A DNA stretch of 64,000 bases from Felis catus (GCF_018350175.1 NC_058373.1:110982001-111046000); one strand, 5' to 3'. Positions 1 through 13,317 are shown, counted from the stretch's first letter. Notes: generated from the sequence alone by a model not told the origin. A program made the numbers and translations.

Positions 1-250
1 CAGTGTTAATTAAAAATTTTCTGGTAGCCAGATTTAAAACACAGATGATATTAACTTTAATAATATGTTTTTATTTAGTGCAATTATTTTAACATGTAAT
101 CAATATAAAAATTACTGATGAAATATTTTACATTTTTTTCATACTGTCTTCTAAGTCTAGTTTGTAGAATGTACTTACAATACATCTCAGATCAAATTTG
201 CCACATGTATAAGTGCTTTATAGCCACATGTGGCTACTACCTCCTGTATT
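1..250. mobile_element. MER3-like hAT-Charlie DNA transposon remnant
   Basis: AT-rich segment ending ...tagccacatgtggctact, typical of MER3/MER33. Family assigned by eye; boundaries approximate. Confidence 0.55.
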
Positions 251-551
251 AAAAAGAAGTTGAGTCCAGGGTAGGAACTAAGTCCGAGTCCTGGGCGACT
301 ACCAGCAGCTTTGTTACCACAGATAAGACCTTTAACCACTTATTTCCTTGTTTCCTCATCTGAAAGGGGGAGATACATTTTTTTTTTTTACCATTCTTAT
401 AGGATTGTAAAGGCATAAAATTAGAAACTGAAATGATGACACTTTGAAACGTTGAAAATGTCATACAGAATGGAAGGCATTGCAATTATTCCAAGAGTAG
501 AGTGAACTTTGAAATGGTTATTAATCTCTTCTTTAAAGAACCTGGATCCCA

Positions 552-721
552 AGAGCGCCTGGGTGACCCAGTCAGTAGAGCATCTGACTCTTGATTTCAA
601 CTCAGGTGTTGATCTTAGGGGTTGGTGGGATGGAGCCCCACATCAGGCTCTGCTCTGGCTGCGAGGCCTGCTTCTCTCCGTGCCACCCCCCCCCCCAATA
701 AATAAATAAACTTAAAACAAA
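552..721 (+). mobile_element. Can-SINE (tRNA-derived carnivore SINE), internally shortened
   Basis: gcgcctgggtgacccagtcag head and aataaataaataaa tail. 17-bp target-site duplication aaagaacctggatccca at 535-551 and 722-738. Confidence 0.9.
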
Positions 722-1110
722 AAAGAACCTGGATCCCAGAGTCTCATATGCTCCCTGATTTCCTCACTGACTTGACTGCGATAGGCAGGGTTAAGGAAGG
801 AGGCTGATGCTCCCATTAAATATCTCTATTGGTGTAGCTGGGTATGATGACAGGTTGTTCAGAAGCACAAAGACAGATTTTTGGATATTCGTATTCAAGT
901 TAATTACATCACTATGAAAAGTAAGATGCTTTCAATACGGAGGAAAAGGAAAAGGCAGGGCATCAACCACAAGCATTTTGAGCTCCATAGGCTGGACCTC
1001 GCCATTTTCTATTTGCACAGTGTGTGCAAGCCTCTGAGGTGCTTCGGCGACGCGTTTCCCATCGCTAATGGGATAAATAATGGTCATTTATTAACATTTC
1101 AAATGTTTGT

Positions 1111-1144
<34 letters not shown>

Positions 1145-1269
1145 CAGTTTTAGGAGATTCTCTGCAGATCTCTAAGTGCCTCTTGGCCAACGCTTCGGTT
1201 ATTGCTTATTCACCTGTCTCACTGGTATGGAAAGGTATTTAAATTACTATAATTTCAGCTTTCTGTATG

Positions 1270-2015
1270 GGGTAAGCCGAGGCAGCGAGAAACAATTCCC
1301 TTTCGTGTGTATCGTGACTCGCCTTTCTGTCAGCCTAGCCTAGGCTTAGGAGGGAGCCTACATCAGAACTTTGTTTCTTCCGCGTTCCCTTCCGGGTTCC
1401 CGCCACAGGGTCCACGGGCCCGCCCCCTTTCTCCGAAGGTTTCCGAAGTCCCACTCTTGGCCGGCCGTTGTTGCCTGGGAGACCAGACCCTGCCCTCACA
1501 ACAGGGGCTAAGGGGCGGAGACTTCGAGTAGCTTCCCGAAAGCAAACACTCCAGGGTAGAATACTTGGGGCGCATGCGGCAACCGTGCCTTTGCTCTCGC
1601 GAGGCTTCGTCTTTCCGGAAGCACTAGAGGACGGCCCTTGTGAACGGCGTCGGGATGTGCGGGGGCTGTGTGGAGAAGGAGTATCCCAACCGGGTGAGCG
1701 AGTGGGCGCCGAGAACTTCTCGCCCCCTTGGCCGGTGGCCAGCCCCCGAGGCTCCTCATACCCCGGGCCGGCCTTCCCTGAGAGGCCGAGCGCGGGACGA
1801 CCCTGCCGCTCTGCCCATTCCGGTGACCCGGTAGCTGTATTTAGGCACTTGACGGCGGGGGCGGCCGGTGGCCGTCGGTTCTGCCCGCCGGTCCACGCCC
1901 TGGGGGCTGATCTCAGCCGTCGCCCCACTTCTCTTAAGTTCCAGGGTACAACAAAGGAAACCCCCCACCACCAACAATCCAGTCGACGACAAAGGGACAC
2001 CCTCCCGCCACCGCT
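1270..2015 (+). promoter_or_regulatory. CHURC1: CHURC1 CpG-island promoter
   Basis: CpG-dense region around exon 1. GC boxes (cccgcccc ~1419, ggggcgg ~1512), X-box-like GTTGCCTGGGAGAC 1470-1483, NRF1-like GCGCATGCG 1570-1578, TCTCGCGA 1595-1602, ETS CCGGAAG 1615-1621. Confidence 0.85.
1655..1693 (+). CDS. CHURC1: Churchill zinc-binding protein, coding exon 1 (MCGGCVEKEYPNR)
   Basis: gggATGt start, 13 codons matching the Churchill N-terminus, donor CGG|GTGAGC at 1694 (phase 0). Confidence 0.96.
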
Positions 2016-2679
2016 GATGACATTGTCAAGCTTGATTTGGTGAAATTCACTTTTCTTACTGAAGTCTAGCGCTGGAAGGGACCTCTGAGGTCATCTGTCG
2101 TTAACACGGTTTTGCAGATGAAACTAATGCCCAGAGAGGGGAAATAAATTTCACATTCTGTTAACCTGAGAGTCAAGGCCAGAAATCAGATTTCCTGAGT
2201 ATTTAAAAAAAAATATCTGTTCCTCTCAATCTCCGGAGGTTGCCGAAGCTTGTTTACTCTCATTTATTCAAGGTATACTTATTGAACATTTATGTATGTG
2301 GCTAGACCAGAAAGAGATACCAAAGATGAAATAAAAGGCAGCTTCATTGCCTCCTGAGAGCTTACAGTTTAGAGTATGATTTAACAACAAAAAAATGAGT
2401 AGTACAGTCCATAAGTGATATTCAGCTTTAGAGAAAGGGGAGAGCAATAGCGCTGTTCTCCCAAAAGAAAGGTAGACTTCATTTGGGACTTGGAGGCTAG
2501 TTGTGACTAGGGTAGAAAAGAAGGCAAGGAGGAGCCAGAGGTTTGGAGACTATAAGAACAAGGATTCTTGTGATGGTTGGGCGGCAGAAGATCTATAGCT
2601 GCTTCTGCCTCTTAATATTTTGAGTAATACTTCGCTTTGGGGAAAGAGGTGTAACATGAACAGTCATGGTACGGCCTCC

Positions 2680-3095
2680 TGGGAAAAAGGTTTAGTATTA
2701 TCAAAGATTTGCATACTGAAAGACCCAGCAATTCTCATTCTAGGGAAATAAATGCATTTCTAGAGAAAGAAAGTACATTTCTAGAGAAAGAAATGTACAT
2801 ATGTTCTTGGAAACTTGTGTAAGAATGTTCGTAAGAGCATAACTTGTCGGAGTAGACTGGAAAAGTGGGATATAGCCATAGAATGGAACACCATGAATGA
2901 ATAATGGAATGAATTAGAGCAGTGGTTCTCAACTAGGTGTGACTTTTGCCTCCCAGGGGACATTTGGCACTATCTGTAGACAGTTTTAGTTGTCACAACT
3001 GGGGGTACTACTGACTACTAGCTAGAGGCATTGTGCTGTTTCATACGCTTTTCTGTATTGCATTCTATTTCATACTTTTTTTAAAGTTTAAAAAT
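2680..3095 (+). mobile_element. Old L1 (L1ME-like) fragment with a MER20-like DNA transposon piece at ~2919-3030
   Basis: gacccagcaattctcattctagg...aagaatgttc resembles L1 3' sequence. cagtggttctcaact...ggggacatttggca...ttgtcacaactggggg resembles MER20. Confidence 0.6.
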
Positions 3096-4264
3096 AAATT
3101 TTTATGAATCCAGTAATGAACACTGCACTTTTCAGAGACCATGTGAAGGAGGTGTTTGTAGTGAAGAGTATTAAAGAGATTAGGTTGGGTTCTTAAGAAT
3201 TGAGCCAATCAAAAGATTTTAAAATTGTATGAGGAAATTTAGGTTTTACACTTTAGGCATTGAGCACCCATCAAAAAAAGTGAATAGGAAAATAATTCTG
3301 AAATCTGTTATTTAGGGAAATGAGTCTATGGCTGTATGTTGAGGTTATGGGATGGGGGGAATGTAAAAGGGAGAGCCCTACAGAGTTTTTGGGGAGTCAT
3401 GAAAACAGTAGGGTAGGCATGAGATAATGAAAGCCTCATTTCGAAGAAAGAATTAATAGGACTCAGCCAATTTAATGGAGGGAAGACCTACAGGTGATCT
3501 TAGGTTTTACATTTACATTCATTACAGAAATTGGTGGCATGTGTGAGAGAGAACCAAAATTGGGGGGCACATGGTCAGATTGTTTTTATCATGTTTCATC
3601 CAAGATTGAGAATGTAACACCCGAGGAGTCAAGTGAAAATATAAGATTGCAGTATAGGTGCAAGATTCAAACAGATGAGTTAGCCAAATAAAAGTGTCAA
3701 AATAGAAATGATCTGTTTTCTTAGAAAAAGACTGGAGAATCAAGTAGAATCAAAGACTGGGCTTCAAGGAATAAATTAATTTAGAAAATGAAAATAAAGT
3801 ATAAGAAAAAGAGTAGAGAAAAAGAATGAGGCGATTGGAAAACCAGGAAGGTGCCTTTCATAAGCACTTTTTTCTGACTTTATTCTGTTCTAAAATAATT
3901 AAAGGGCTGTCATGAGTAAGAATTAAACTTTTTGGAATTTCAGAAGGCAGATTTAGAAATAGTGGGTGGATGTTATTGGGTTTAGGCTTTGGATCAGAAT
4001 AAAGAACTTTAACAGATTTTCAAAATGGAACAGGCAACCCTGAGAGGAATTGAACTCTCTTCTGTTGTTCAGGAGAAGCTAAATTGACCATTTGAAATCT
4101 CAAAGGTCCTTACAACTCTGGGGGTTATTGAAGTCATGAGATATTTCTGAGGGGAGTAAGAACAGAAGTCACTTTGAACTTAGCAAAGGGACAATAAGGT
4201 AGTGGTAGCAAGAATAGTCTACCCGTGGCAGAGAAAAATAATGGATTAGCATGTTGAGAAGCTC

Positions 4265-4304
4265 TAAGTTGGACGCTTAACCGACGGAGCCACCCAGGCA
4301 CCCC
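4265..4304 (-). mobile_element. Can-SINE 5' head fragment
   Basis: aagttggacgcttaaccgacggagccacccaggcacccc is the reverse complement of the SINEC_Fc 5' end. Confidence 0.75.
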
Positions 4305-4379
4305 TAAATATTTAATTATTTATTTGGGTTTCATAAATTTTTCTGGAGACTTGTAGATATTTTTCACAGATGAAAAATA

Positions 4380-5590
4380 CTAGACTTAGAAGACAAATAC
4401 AAATAGTGAAAGAAAAGCTTTGATAAATTAGACTTCATAAAAATCAACTGTTCTTCAAAAGACATTATTTAAAAAACACATCAGTAACAAAATATTTGTA
4501 ATACCGATCTGAGAAGATTTGTATCTAAGATATATAAAGAACTCTTATGGGGCACTGGGTGGCTCAGTTGAGCATCTGCCTCTTGATTTCAGCTCAAGTC
4601 ATGATATCGAGCCTCGTGTTGGGCTCTGCACTCACAGCACAGAGCCTGCTTGGGATTTTCTCTCTCCCTCTCTCTCTCTGCCCCATCCCCACTTGTGCTC
4701 TCTCTCACAATAAATAAGTAAACTTTAAAAAAAAAAAAACTTTTATAACTCAATAATTCTTATAACTAAATAATAAGATAAACAAAAGTGGACAAGACTT
4801 GAATAGACACTCCACAAAAGAAGGCACATGTGTAGGCACCCTGAGAAGATGCTTAACGTTGTTAGTCATGAGGGAAATCCCAAATAAAAACTACTATGAG
4901 ATACCTCTCCATGACTAGGATGGCTAAAATAAGAAGACACAGTATCTAGGTTGGTGAGGATATGGAGCAACTGGAACTCACACAATTCTGGTGGGAATGG
5001 AAAATGGGAAACTTTGGAAAACGAACTGGCAGTTCTAAAGTTTGTATGGACCATATTTTTACCATATGACTCAGCAGTTCCACTGCTAGATGTTTACTCA
5101 AGAGAAGGGCATATGTCTACATAAGACAATGAATCTTTGTAGCTGCTTTATTCATAATAGCCCCAAACTGAAAAGGACCTGAAAGTCTATTGACAGATGA
5201 ATCCATGCAATAGATTTGGCAATAAAAAGCAATAAATTACCAATGGATACAACAACATAAATGATTAACATGGACTTTATGTTGAACAAAAGAAACTAGA
5301 TGCAGAAGAGTATACTGCATGATTCTATTTATATAAAATTTTATAACAACCAAAACTAATAACTAGAGATAGAAATTGGATCAAGGGGTACCTGAGAAGG
5401 GGTTGGAGATAGACTGCAAAGCATAAAAGAACTTCCTGGGAAGATAAAACTTTTTATATCTTGATTGAGGTAGTGGTTACGTTGAAATATATGCCTATAT
5501 ATATTGGTATATAAGTCATTCACGTATACCCTTACAATGTGTGGATTTTATTGTATATAAATTATACTTCAGTGAAGTTTATTTTTTAAA
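4380..5590 (+). mobile_element. Old L1 (L1M-type) ORF2-end/3'UTR remnant, interrupted by a SINE
   Basis: L1 hallmarks: gacttgaatagacactccacaaaagaag, ttagtcatgagggaaat, ggtgaggatatggagcaactggaactc, tgcatgattctatttatataaaatt. Confidence 0.8.
4549..4739 (+). mobile_element. Can-SINE inserted in the L1
   Basis: ggggcactgggtggctcagttgagc head, (CT)n tract, A-rich tail. Confidence 0.9.
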
Positions 5591-6727
5591 AAAGCAAAGC
5601 ACCTGTTTTTAATAGCTGGAAATTTATACTTTAACCTCAAGGCCTTTTTTTCCACCTTTAGTAATTAAGTTGCTGTGTCTATGATTTAGTATCTCCCGAC
5701 TACATAGTTAGATTGATTTCCTCACTTCTCCACCCCCCTTGCCCCAACAGAGTAAATCTCTTTCTTAGTACATAGCCTCAAGGAGCCACTCAAAAGGGAG
5801 AGGTTAACTGTGGTGCTGGGAATCCAGGAAGGCTTCACTTGTGGCATCGCTTAAAGTTGGTCTTCCTGAGAGTTCATAAGCTCCTCAAAGGTGGAAAGAT
5901 ATGACTCACCCTCTAATCCTTCCCTGTGCTTTGCACAGTATCGGGCGCATAGCTGCATTGGAGAAATATTGATTTGACTGGTTTTTAGTCACATCAACTG
6001 TTAAAAATACCCTATTGGTCAGAATGAGGTTGAATTAGATTATTTATAAAATGACTTTCTGAACAATTACTGATAAGCCTCTAGAAAAGAACTCCCTTGA
6101 GCCAGGAGCATAAGTTGTTAACAGTTTCTTAGTGATGAAGCAAAACCCTTTCTCCCTTGAATGCCATGGTGTCAGGCTGATGAGTTGAGAGCTTATCTTC
6201 ACTGCCTGAATCACACATACCCTTAAGGATTGACATCTATAGAGCTGAGGGTTTATTCTTGTTTGCTTATTTTGTGTTATTTTTAAGGCATCAGAAAATG
6301 TTATTTCAACAATCAACTGAGCAACACATTGTATAAGATCATTTTTTATCATTAGTTCAGTTTTAATTCTAGTTTTAGGATCTGCCTCATTTAAATATTG
6401 TTGGCTATTGGATTTTTCTAATTTTTCTTTTTCATATTTTATATTATTAAAGCTTCGGTGTGTTTCTAAAAATCCATATGCATTTAGTCCTCTCGGATAC
6501 AGTTGCTGTCCTCAGAGACTTAACAGCTTTAACACTGCTTCAGTTTTATTTGCCATAAATAGCCCTTCTAGAGGAAAGCTAGTAATTTCAAAAATTACTT
6601 GGTACAGATTTCAAGCAAGTAAATTCTAGCCATGTTTTTTTGCCTTTAGAAATTTTTAGTCTATTAATTATTTTCACCAAGGGTTTTGAAATAGAAGAAA
6701 ATTAAATTCCTATTTTTAATATTTTAG

Positions 6728-6863
6728 GGTAACATCTGCCTGGAGAATGGATCTTTCTTGCTGAACTTTACAGGCTGTGCAGTGTGCAATAAGCGGGATT
6801 TTATGCTGATCACAAACAAATCTTTGAAGGAGGAGGATGGAGAAGAAATAGTTACCTATGATC
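6728..6863 (+). CDS. CHURC1: CHURC1 coding exon 2 ([45 protein letters not shown])
   Basis: Acceptor ttttag|GGT, donor GATC|gtaagt. 136 nt, phase 0 to 1. Contains a CxxC. Confidence 0.97.
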
Positions 6864-7794
6864 GTAAGTAGATTCTTTATTTTCGTGCAAGTCTGATAGG
6901 AGATACCAGCTTTTAAAAGCTGATACGTTGTGCCTATTGATATATTTTATTTTATGAGGCCTATTTCAATATTGTATTGTAACTTGAGATGCTAGTTAGT
7001 CTTTTAAGAGGAAAATACAGATGATGATAGCATCATCAGATACTCTGCCTGAGTGATTTTTGCAGATAAATGAAGCCTATGACTCAGGTACCATTTTTTG
7101 TTTGTTTGTTTGTTTGTTTTTAAAGCCTTTATGCCTTCTGAAACAAGATATAGAGACCTTTTTTTTAACCTTAGGGTCATTCATGTGTTTTCTTTTTCTT
7201 TTTTCTTTTTTTTTTTTTTTTTACTGTAGTCTAATACAGTGATGTCTTCCAACAGCCACTAAAGTGTTTAGGGCTGTTTGCTGCTGTACTAAATGACCCT
7301 GGATGTAATGGGGTTTTTTGTCGTTTCTTTCTCGTGGGTTTTTTTTTTTTTTTGTCTCCCATCTCATTGTCAGTTGGTTATTTCTTTTGCTGTGCTACCT
7401 TCATATGCCGCTCCTCATCCTCAATACTGGGAAACCAAATCAATCAACTATGTATAATGAACGTGAATCAATTCTGAGGTTGGCACTAAGAATTTCTATG
7501 AGTAAATTAAGTGCATATGCATTTTAGGGCCATTTAATTTAGTAAAGGAAGCCCATATACATTTTAGGGTATAGTGACAAGAATTTAAACTGTTCACATC
7601 TCCATTTTGCTTCTCTCTTGGTGCTTTGGTATGTTCTGAATATGAGGAATAAATGTACAAATAATGATATTTTGAAAACAGGTTATGAAAGACACTAAGC
7701 CTTTAGAATTGAATCAGACTATCAAAAGTGTTCTAAAGTAGAAAAATCTTTTTCTTTCTTTTAGACATAACCCTTTAAACTCTATTTTGTACCA

Positions 7795-8050
7795 GGTAGT
7801 AGGACATAGTAGGTAAGAGCAAGGGCCCTGGAGCCAGAATGCATGGGTTTGAATTCTATTGCCAATACTTCCTAGCTCGGCAGTCTTGCTAATAATTACT
7901 TAACCAGGGCGTGTCTTTGTTTCCTAATCCTTAAAAAGGTGATAACAAGTATCTACTTCTTTGGGTTTTGAGAAGATTAAATAAACAGATAAAAAGTATT
8001 TAAAACAGTTTCTGGCACACAGTAAGCACTCAAAAAATCATAGTTATTAT
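7795..8050 (+). mobile_element. MIR SINE
   Basis: Core ...ttacttaacc...gtttcctaatccttaaaaaggtgataac...tctggcacacagtaagcactcaa. Confidence 0.7.
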
Positions 8051-8395
8051 CATGTTTCTAGTAGAGTCTTTCGTTGCCATTAAATTCACTTTATAATGTC
8101 TAGCATCGACTTTTTTATTTATGATTGGTTTTACTAGCAGTTTCTATAGGTTCTGAGAATGGGAATTAATATATGCTTGTTAAACCTCTGAGTTGAGGCC
8201 CTTCATTATGTAGTATTGCTATGTGACAGATTTTGGATTTCTTATCAAGGTAGATATTATAATGGGTTTCCAGCTGCTCTGTTAAATATATCACTTAAGA
8301 TTCTTTTAAAGTAATACCATGCAGAGAATAGAAATTTTACTGTCTTAAGACATCTTCCAAGACTTAATTATTTAAGTCTCTCTCTGTTTTGGCAG

Positions 8396-8466
8396 ATCTG
8401 TGTAAGAATTGTCATCACGTAGTAGCCAGGCATGAGTACACGTTCAGTATCATGGATGAATTTCAG
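8396..8466 (+). CDS. CHURC1: CHURC1 coding exon 3 ([24 protein letters not shown])
   Basis: Acceptor ttggcag|AT, donor CAG|gtaaat. 71 nt, phase 1 to 0. Confidence 0.97.
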
Positions 8467-9309
8467 GTAAATGTATAAATGTAGTGTGTTATTGTGGGGG
8501 AGGGGATAATGAAAGCATTTTTATAAATCTAGATAGTTTTAATAAATGAAGTATTAGCGGGTATTAAAGGAGACCATCCCTGTCTTCTACTTGTGTATGT
8601 TAAGAGAGACGCTTTAGATGTGAGTATATCTGTTCAAACCTGTCTTCGCAAGAGTCTAATCAAAATGCGTGCCTTACAAATGATATCTCAGGCCTGTCGT
8701 TTATGTTTATAAAGAACAGCACATTGTGGCTTCTTTTGAGGTTACTATTGTGTCTTTTTTTTCTGTCCAGTTATGTAATTGCACAATTGTTGGCTTTATG
8801 AGTGTTAGCCTGCCCATTGCCACCATACTTGCTGAGCTTGGAAATTCTGATAAGGAGGTTATCTTTGTCTTCCCCAATAGGCATGTAGAGCTGAGCAACT
8901 CTGTAGTCTCAATTGTGGTAAGACATTTTAATATTATTCATCGTAAAATGATAGGATGGATGTATCAAGGTTGGAAGAAAGAACCTGGACCACTATAAAG
9001 GTAGAGAATAAGTATTTATAATAAATATGATGCCTTGTACAGTTGTGAGAGCACACAAAGAATTGTACAGAAGGCTTCTGAATGCCTGAGCTGCTAAAGA
9101 TTCACAGATCTGAGGGTCAGGAAGAAAAGCTAGACAGTGGGGAAAAACCAAGGGTAAACGGGAAATCATGAAGACACACGAACCTGTGTCTGTCCCTTAC
9201 TGCCTCCTTTTTCAAGCCTTCAGGTTGAGTTACTTATTTAAAGTGAACTACATATTCATCTATCAGATATAAATATCAGCTTAGACCTTTTAACAGGCAA
9301 GGGAATTTT

Positions 9310-9518
9310 TTTTTTAACATTTATTTATTTTTGAGACAGAGAGAGACACAGCATTAACGGGGGAGGGGCAGAGAGAGAGGGAAACACAGAATCGGAAGCA
9401 GGCTCCAGGCTCTGAGCCATCAGCCCAGAGCCTGACGCGGGGCTCGAACTCGTGGACCGCGAGATCGTGACCTGAGCTGAAGTCGGACGCTTAACCGACT
9501 GAGCCACCCAGGTACCCC
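9310..9518 (-). mobile_element. SINEC_Fc (felid Can-SINE)
   Basis: Full-length reverse copy. TSD aggcaagggaatttt at 9295-9309 and 9519-9533. Confidence 0.95.
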
Positions 9519-12500
9519 AGGCAAGGGAATTTTAAGTGCTTCAAATTTGGGTAGTATTTTAATTAGAAAAAAATAATAATTTTCCATAATAGAATCTTAC
9601 AGTGTAACCACTCTCATTCTTTTTTTTTTTTTTTTAATTCACTTATTCACCTGTCAGAATCTGGTCTCATATGTTTGCTTAATCTGTACAACATCTTGAC
9701 CACGTCTCCTCAGCATCCAAAAATTATGCCTCAAAAAATATTTATATGGTATATGTAACTTAGGGCAAAATCAAGATCTCAATGAATGCATAGTGGCCAA
9801 ATAGGGGAAGGAGCATATCTTGGGTTTAAAGGAGAACCTCTGTCTTTCATGAGAAGAAAAGAGGGCTCCTGGAGTCCCTGTGAGCTTTTTAGAGCCCTAA
9901 ATGAATATGAAGATTGCCCTGACTGAGATATTATCTATCATAGCTAGACTTTGCTCTACCTGATTTTCCTTTATGACTGAACACAGCCATTTTCAAAGCT
10001 GCCCCAGAAATTACTCTGGGGTAGGAAGAAGATAGAGGAAGATGGCTTGTATTCACAATGCCTGGACAGTGTGAAATTCTCTTGGAAAAAAAACTCAAAC
10101 TAGGCTACCTCATCTTCTCTCAACATCTGCTTCCTTCCACCTGTATTCTGTGTCCTACAGATTAGTTTTCTGAAAACAATGCTTGAGACCACCTCTTTGG
10201 CCTTTCCATAGTTCATTTTAGCTACAGTGTAATATCTAAGCTCCTTGTTTCAAGGTTCTCATGGGGCTGGCCCATGCTCCCTTCCCTTATTTCCCCTGGT
10301 CTCTGGCTTACCACACACATCATTGCCCTAATTCACACTCTTCCTTCTGTCCCATTAGAGAGGAAGATTCTTATTTACTCCTCTCTAAGGGCTACCCTTT
10401 CCACATGTCTTCATCAATCTGCTCTTTGTCTAGCATCATCTTTGTCTTCCTGGGATTTAAACCATTTCTTACACTAAGAAATGTACTTGATTCTTCACTT
10501 ATTAAAAATAAATTTAAAATGTTTTCATTTCCCATACCTACATCTTTGACCTACTAGAGTAGGTCTTTAACCTGTTTTCCTTATTTCCCTGTGTTCCTCG
10601 TAACCACCTACAAATGGGTTTTTATGTTCACTTCACTAAAACCGTTCTCTCAGAGGTCTCTTATCATGTAGCCAAATCATGTGACCTTACGTCAGTCCTT
10701 AGCTCTTTTGACATCTCTTGTGGGTCTGGTTTTGTCAACCATTGTTTTTGAAGGATTTCTTCCCTTCAGGTTCATGGTGCCAGATTTTTTTTCTTTCTTT
10801 TTAAATTTTTTAAAAAAGATTTAAAAAGAAAGAAAAATGTAAAAAATTTTGAATCCTCTTGCTTTTCCCCTGGTTTCCTTTCCTATTGTTCCCTGATTTC
10901 CCCCTGAATTTTGGTCTCTTATCTGGAACTTTCTCTTTACTTTCTCAAATAGTGAGCACACACACACTCAGGCTCACTTGAAACCCATCAGCTGTCTCCC
11001 AAATGTCCTTCTGCCTACCCTCCTTTCTTCCTTTGTTTCTCTTGCCTTTTGGCCCTGCTGCCATACCTCCTGTCAAGGACCATACCTGCTCAAACCTAAG
11101 TTACTGCAGCAGCCCCCAAACTGTAGTTCTACACACTGCCCTCAAGTTAATCTTGCTTACACATACCGTCTTGTCACTCCTGCTGCTCCGTATGGGATAT
11201 GCTTGCTCTTTCCCTATCACTGTCCTTATTCATGCTTTTTCCTTGATTTGACTAGTCCGTTTCTCTACCTTCACATCAACTAAATCTTACCTCTTTCAAG
11301 CAGAACTTAAATTCTCTCTCCTCCTTGTTCATGATAGTCCAGCCCATACTGCTTTCTCCCTTTCCTTGTACGGGGACTGACTCATGTGAATAGCCACTTG
11401 GGAACTTCCTTCTTAGCCTGCCTGGCACAAGAACTCTTTGTTCTCTGCTTCAGTAACCTACTTCCTTGTCCCCACCCTACGCCAGCCCCCATTTTACCCA
11501 ATCAATAGTTCAAGTTCGGGTGGGATTCCCACCATTGGTAACGTTTTGTTTGTTTTGCTTTGTTTTAAATGTCTTATGGGCAAAAGTAGGTAGGATAGTG
11601 TTTTAACCTCCACTACCCAGCTTCAGTTTGCTTTGTTTGTATCTCACCATTCCCACATCCCTACAGGATTATTTTGAATCAAATCCCAAATATATCACTA
11701 CTTCTTAAATATTTCAGTACATATCTCTAAAAGATAAGGGTTCTGTTTTTAAAATAACCATAATATCATTGTTAAAGTGATTTCTGATGGCACAAGTAGT
11801 AGGGGAAAGTAGAGACAGAAGTACAGAGTTTAAAACAGAAACTACATTGTAAATGACTACAGGTATCCTTTGTTTTTTTATATCACCCTAAAAACCACTA
11901 AAAGGGCTGTGTGTTTGCCTCAGGAAACAAAAGGGCACCTGTGAGATTGCCTTCTGTTCCTCTTTGGACCAGGGAATGGGAGGACTTGGGGTCAGAAATA
12001 GCAGGTAGTAATAGAAAAAAAGAGCCATGGGACCCTCAGAATAAAACAAAGGATCTGATTTTACCCAAAGGTAATTCCCCACAATCCACCCTTTCTTGTG
12101 AATCTCTACCTCTATACTTTGCCCAGGTGGAGCCTTTGAGGGTCTCCATGAATGACTGGGAGGAATTCTTACTCTCCCAACTTGGCCAGTTTTGATAAAA
12201 GGTGTCCTGACCCTGGCAGCACAGGGGGATGTGTTCCTGGCATTCCAAGCTAGAATTCTAGATGTATTTTCCCACCGAAGCACTGCTCTGTATGGTTAGA
12301 TTCTGTAGTCTTGTGCAATACGAATTTAAAAGACTCCTTGGAATTTCCTGGGAACCTAACTGCTATGTACAACATTTACTTCTATGGGAAACTGCTTTTG
12401 AATTCCAAATAATTGACCTATGGTGAAATTTGGATTCCAGACTACCAATAAATTAAAGATTATAGGTGTAATCAGTGTTACTTATTTAATAATCTTTCCA

Positions 12501-13317
12501 GATCATACCACGTGCTAGGTTTTTTCTTGTTCCCAAGTTAGATTGTAAATTTTGCAAGGTCAGACCTTGTCCTTGTTTTCTCTCATGTCTGCCAGTGCAC
12601 CTAACACATTGCAAAACATTTAAGCACTAAATAAAAACTTGTCAATGGATACGTTGGTTGAAAATTCAGATGTTTGTCTAGCTTTGCCCATTTTCCCATT
12701 TTGACTTTATTATTGTTTTCTTCTTCGTTTCCAGTGATAGGTTGACATCCTACTACTAGTAATGTCTGGCAGGTGAAAGCAGAAGTATTTGAAAGCAGTA
12801 AAAGACCTTGTAGAGGGTGGATTTTTATTTCATTTTTTAATTTATGAGACCTGTATTTGTTCTCTAAGCTCTGGCCTCTGTCTCTATTGTGTGTGTGGAG
12901 TAGACCTCAAAATTAAGTGTGGTGTTTAAGAAACAATCTTTCCATTGCCACAACTAAGCTCCCTGCTGAACTCACTCATAGGAAATGGAAATCCAGTTGT
13001 CTAGGTCTGAGTGTCTGAACCACCGTCATTGTTTATCTCTGTGACCCTCTAGTGACTGTCTAGACCCATGAAACACAAACTGCCTTGACTGATCAATTCC
13101 CAGACAGCTTAACAATCTCAGTTGGAAATGTGGAAATACTAATAGATTTAGCATTAATATTTGTTTTCTTAAAGAAGATAAAGAGGTTTTAAAGCAAAAG
13201 TTTGAAAAGAAATATGTTTATATAGTTTATTCTAGAAAGAGATAACTGTAAAAACAGGACTTTGCCCTAAGAGTTTTGCCTAAAACAAAATCCCTTCTGT
13301 CACCAGGCTGGATATTT

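Noticed and set aside
1307..2043. Overlapping 191- and 221-aa ORFs at the CHURC1 promoter
   Set aside because: CpG-island artefacts. Only 1655-1693 matches a known protein and has a donor site.
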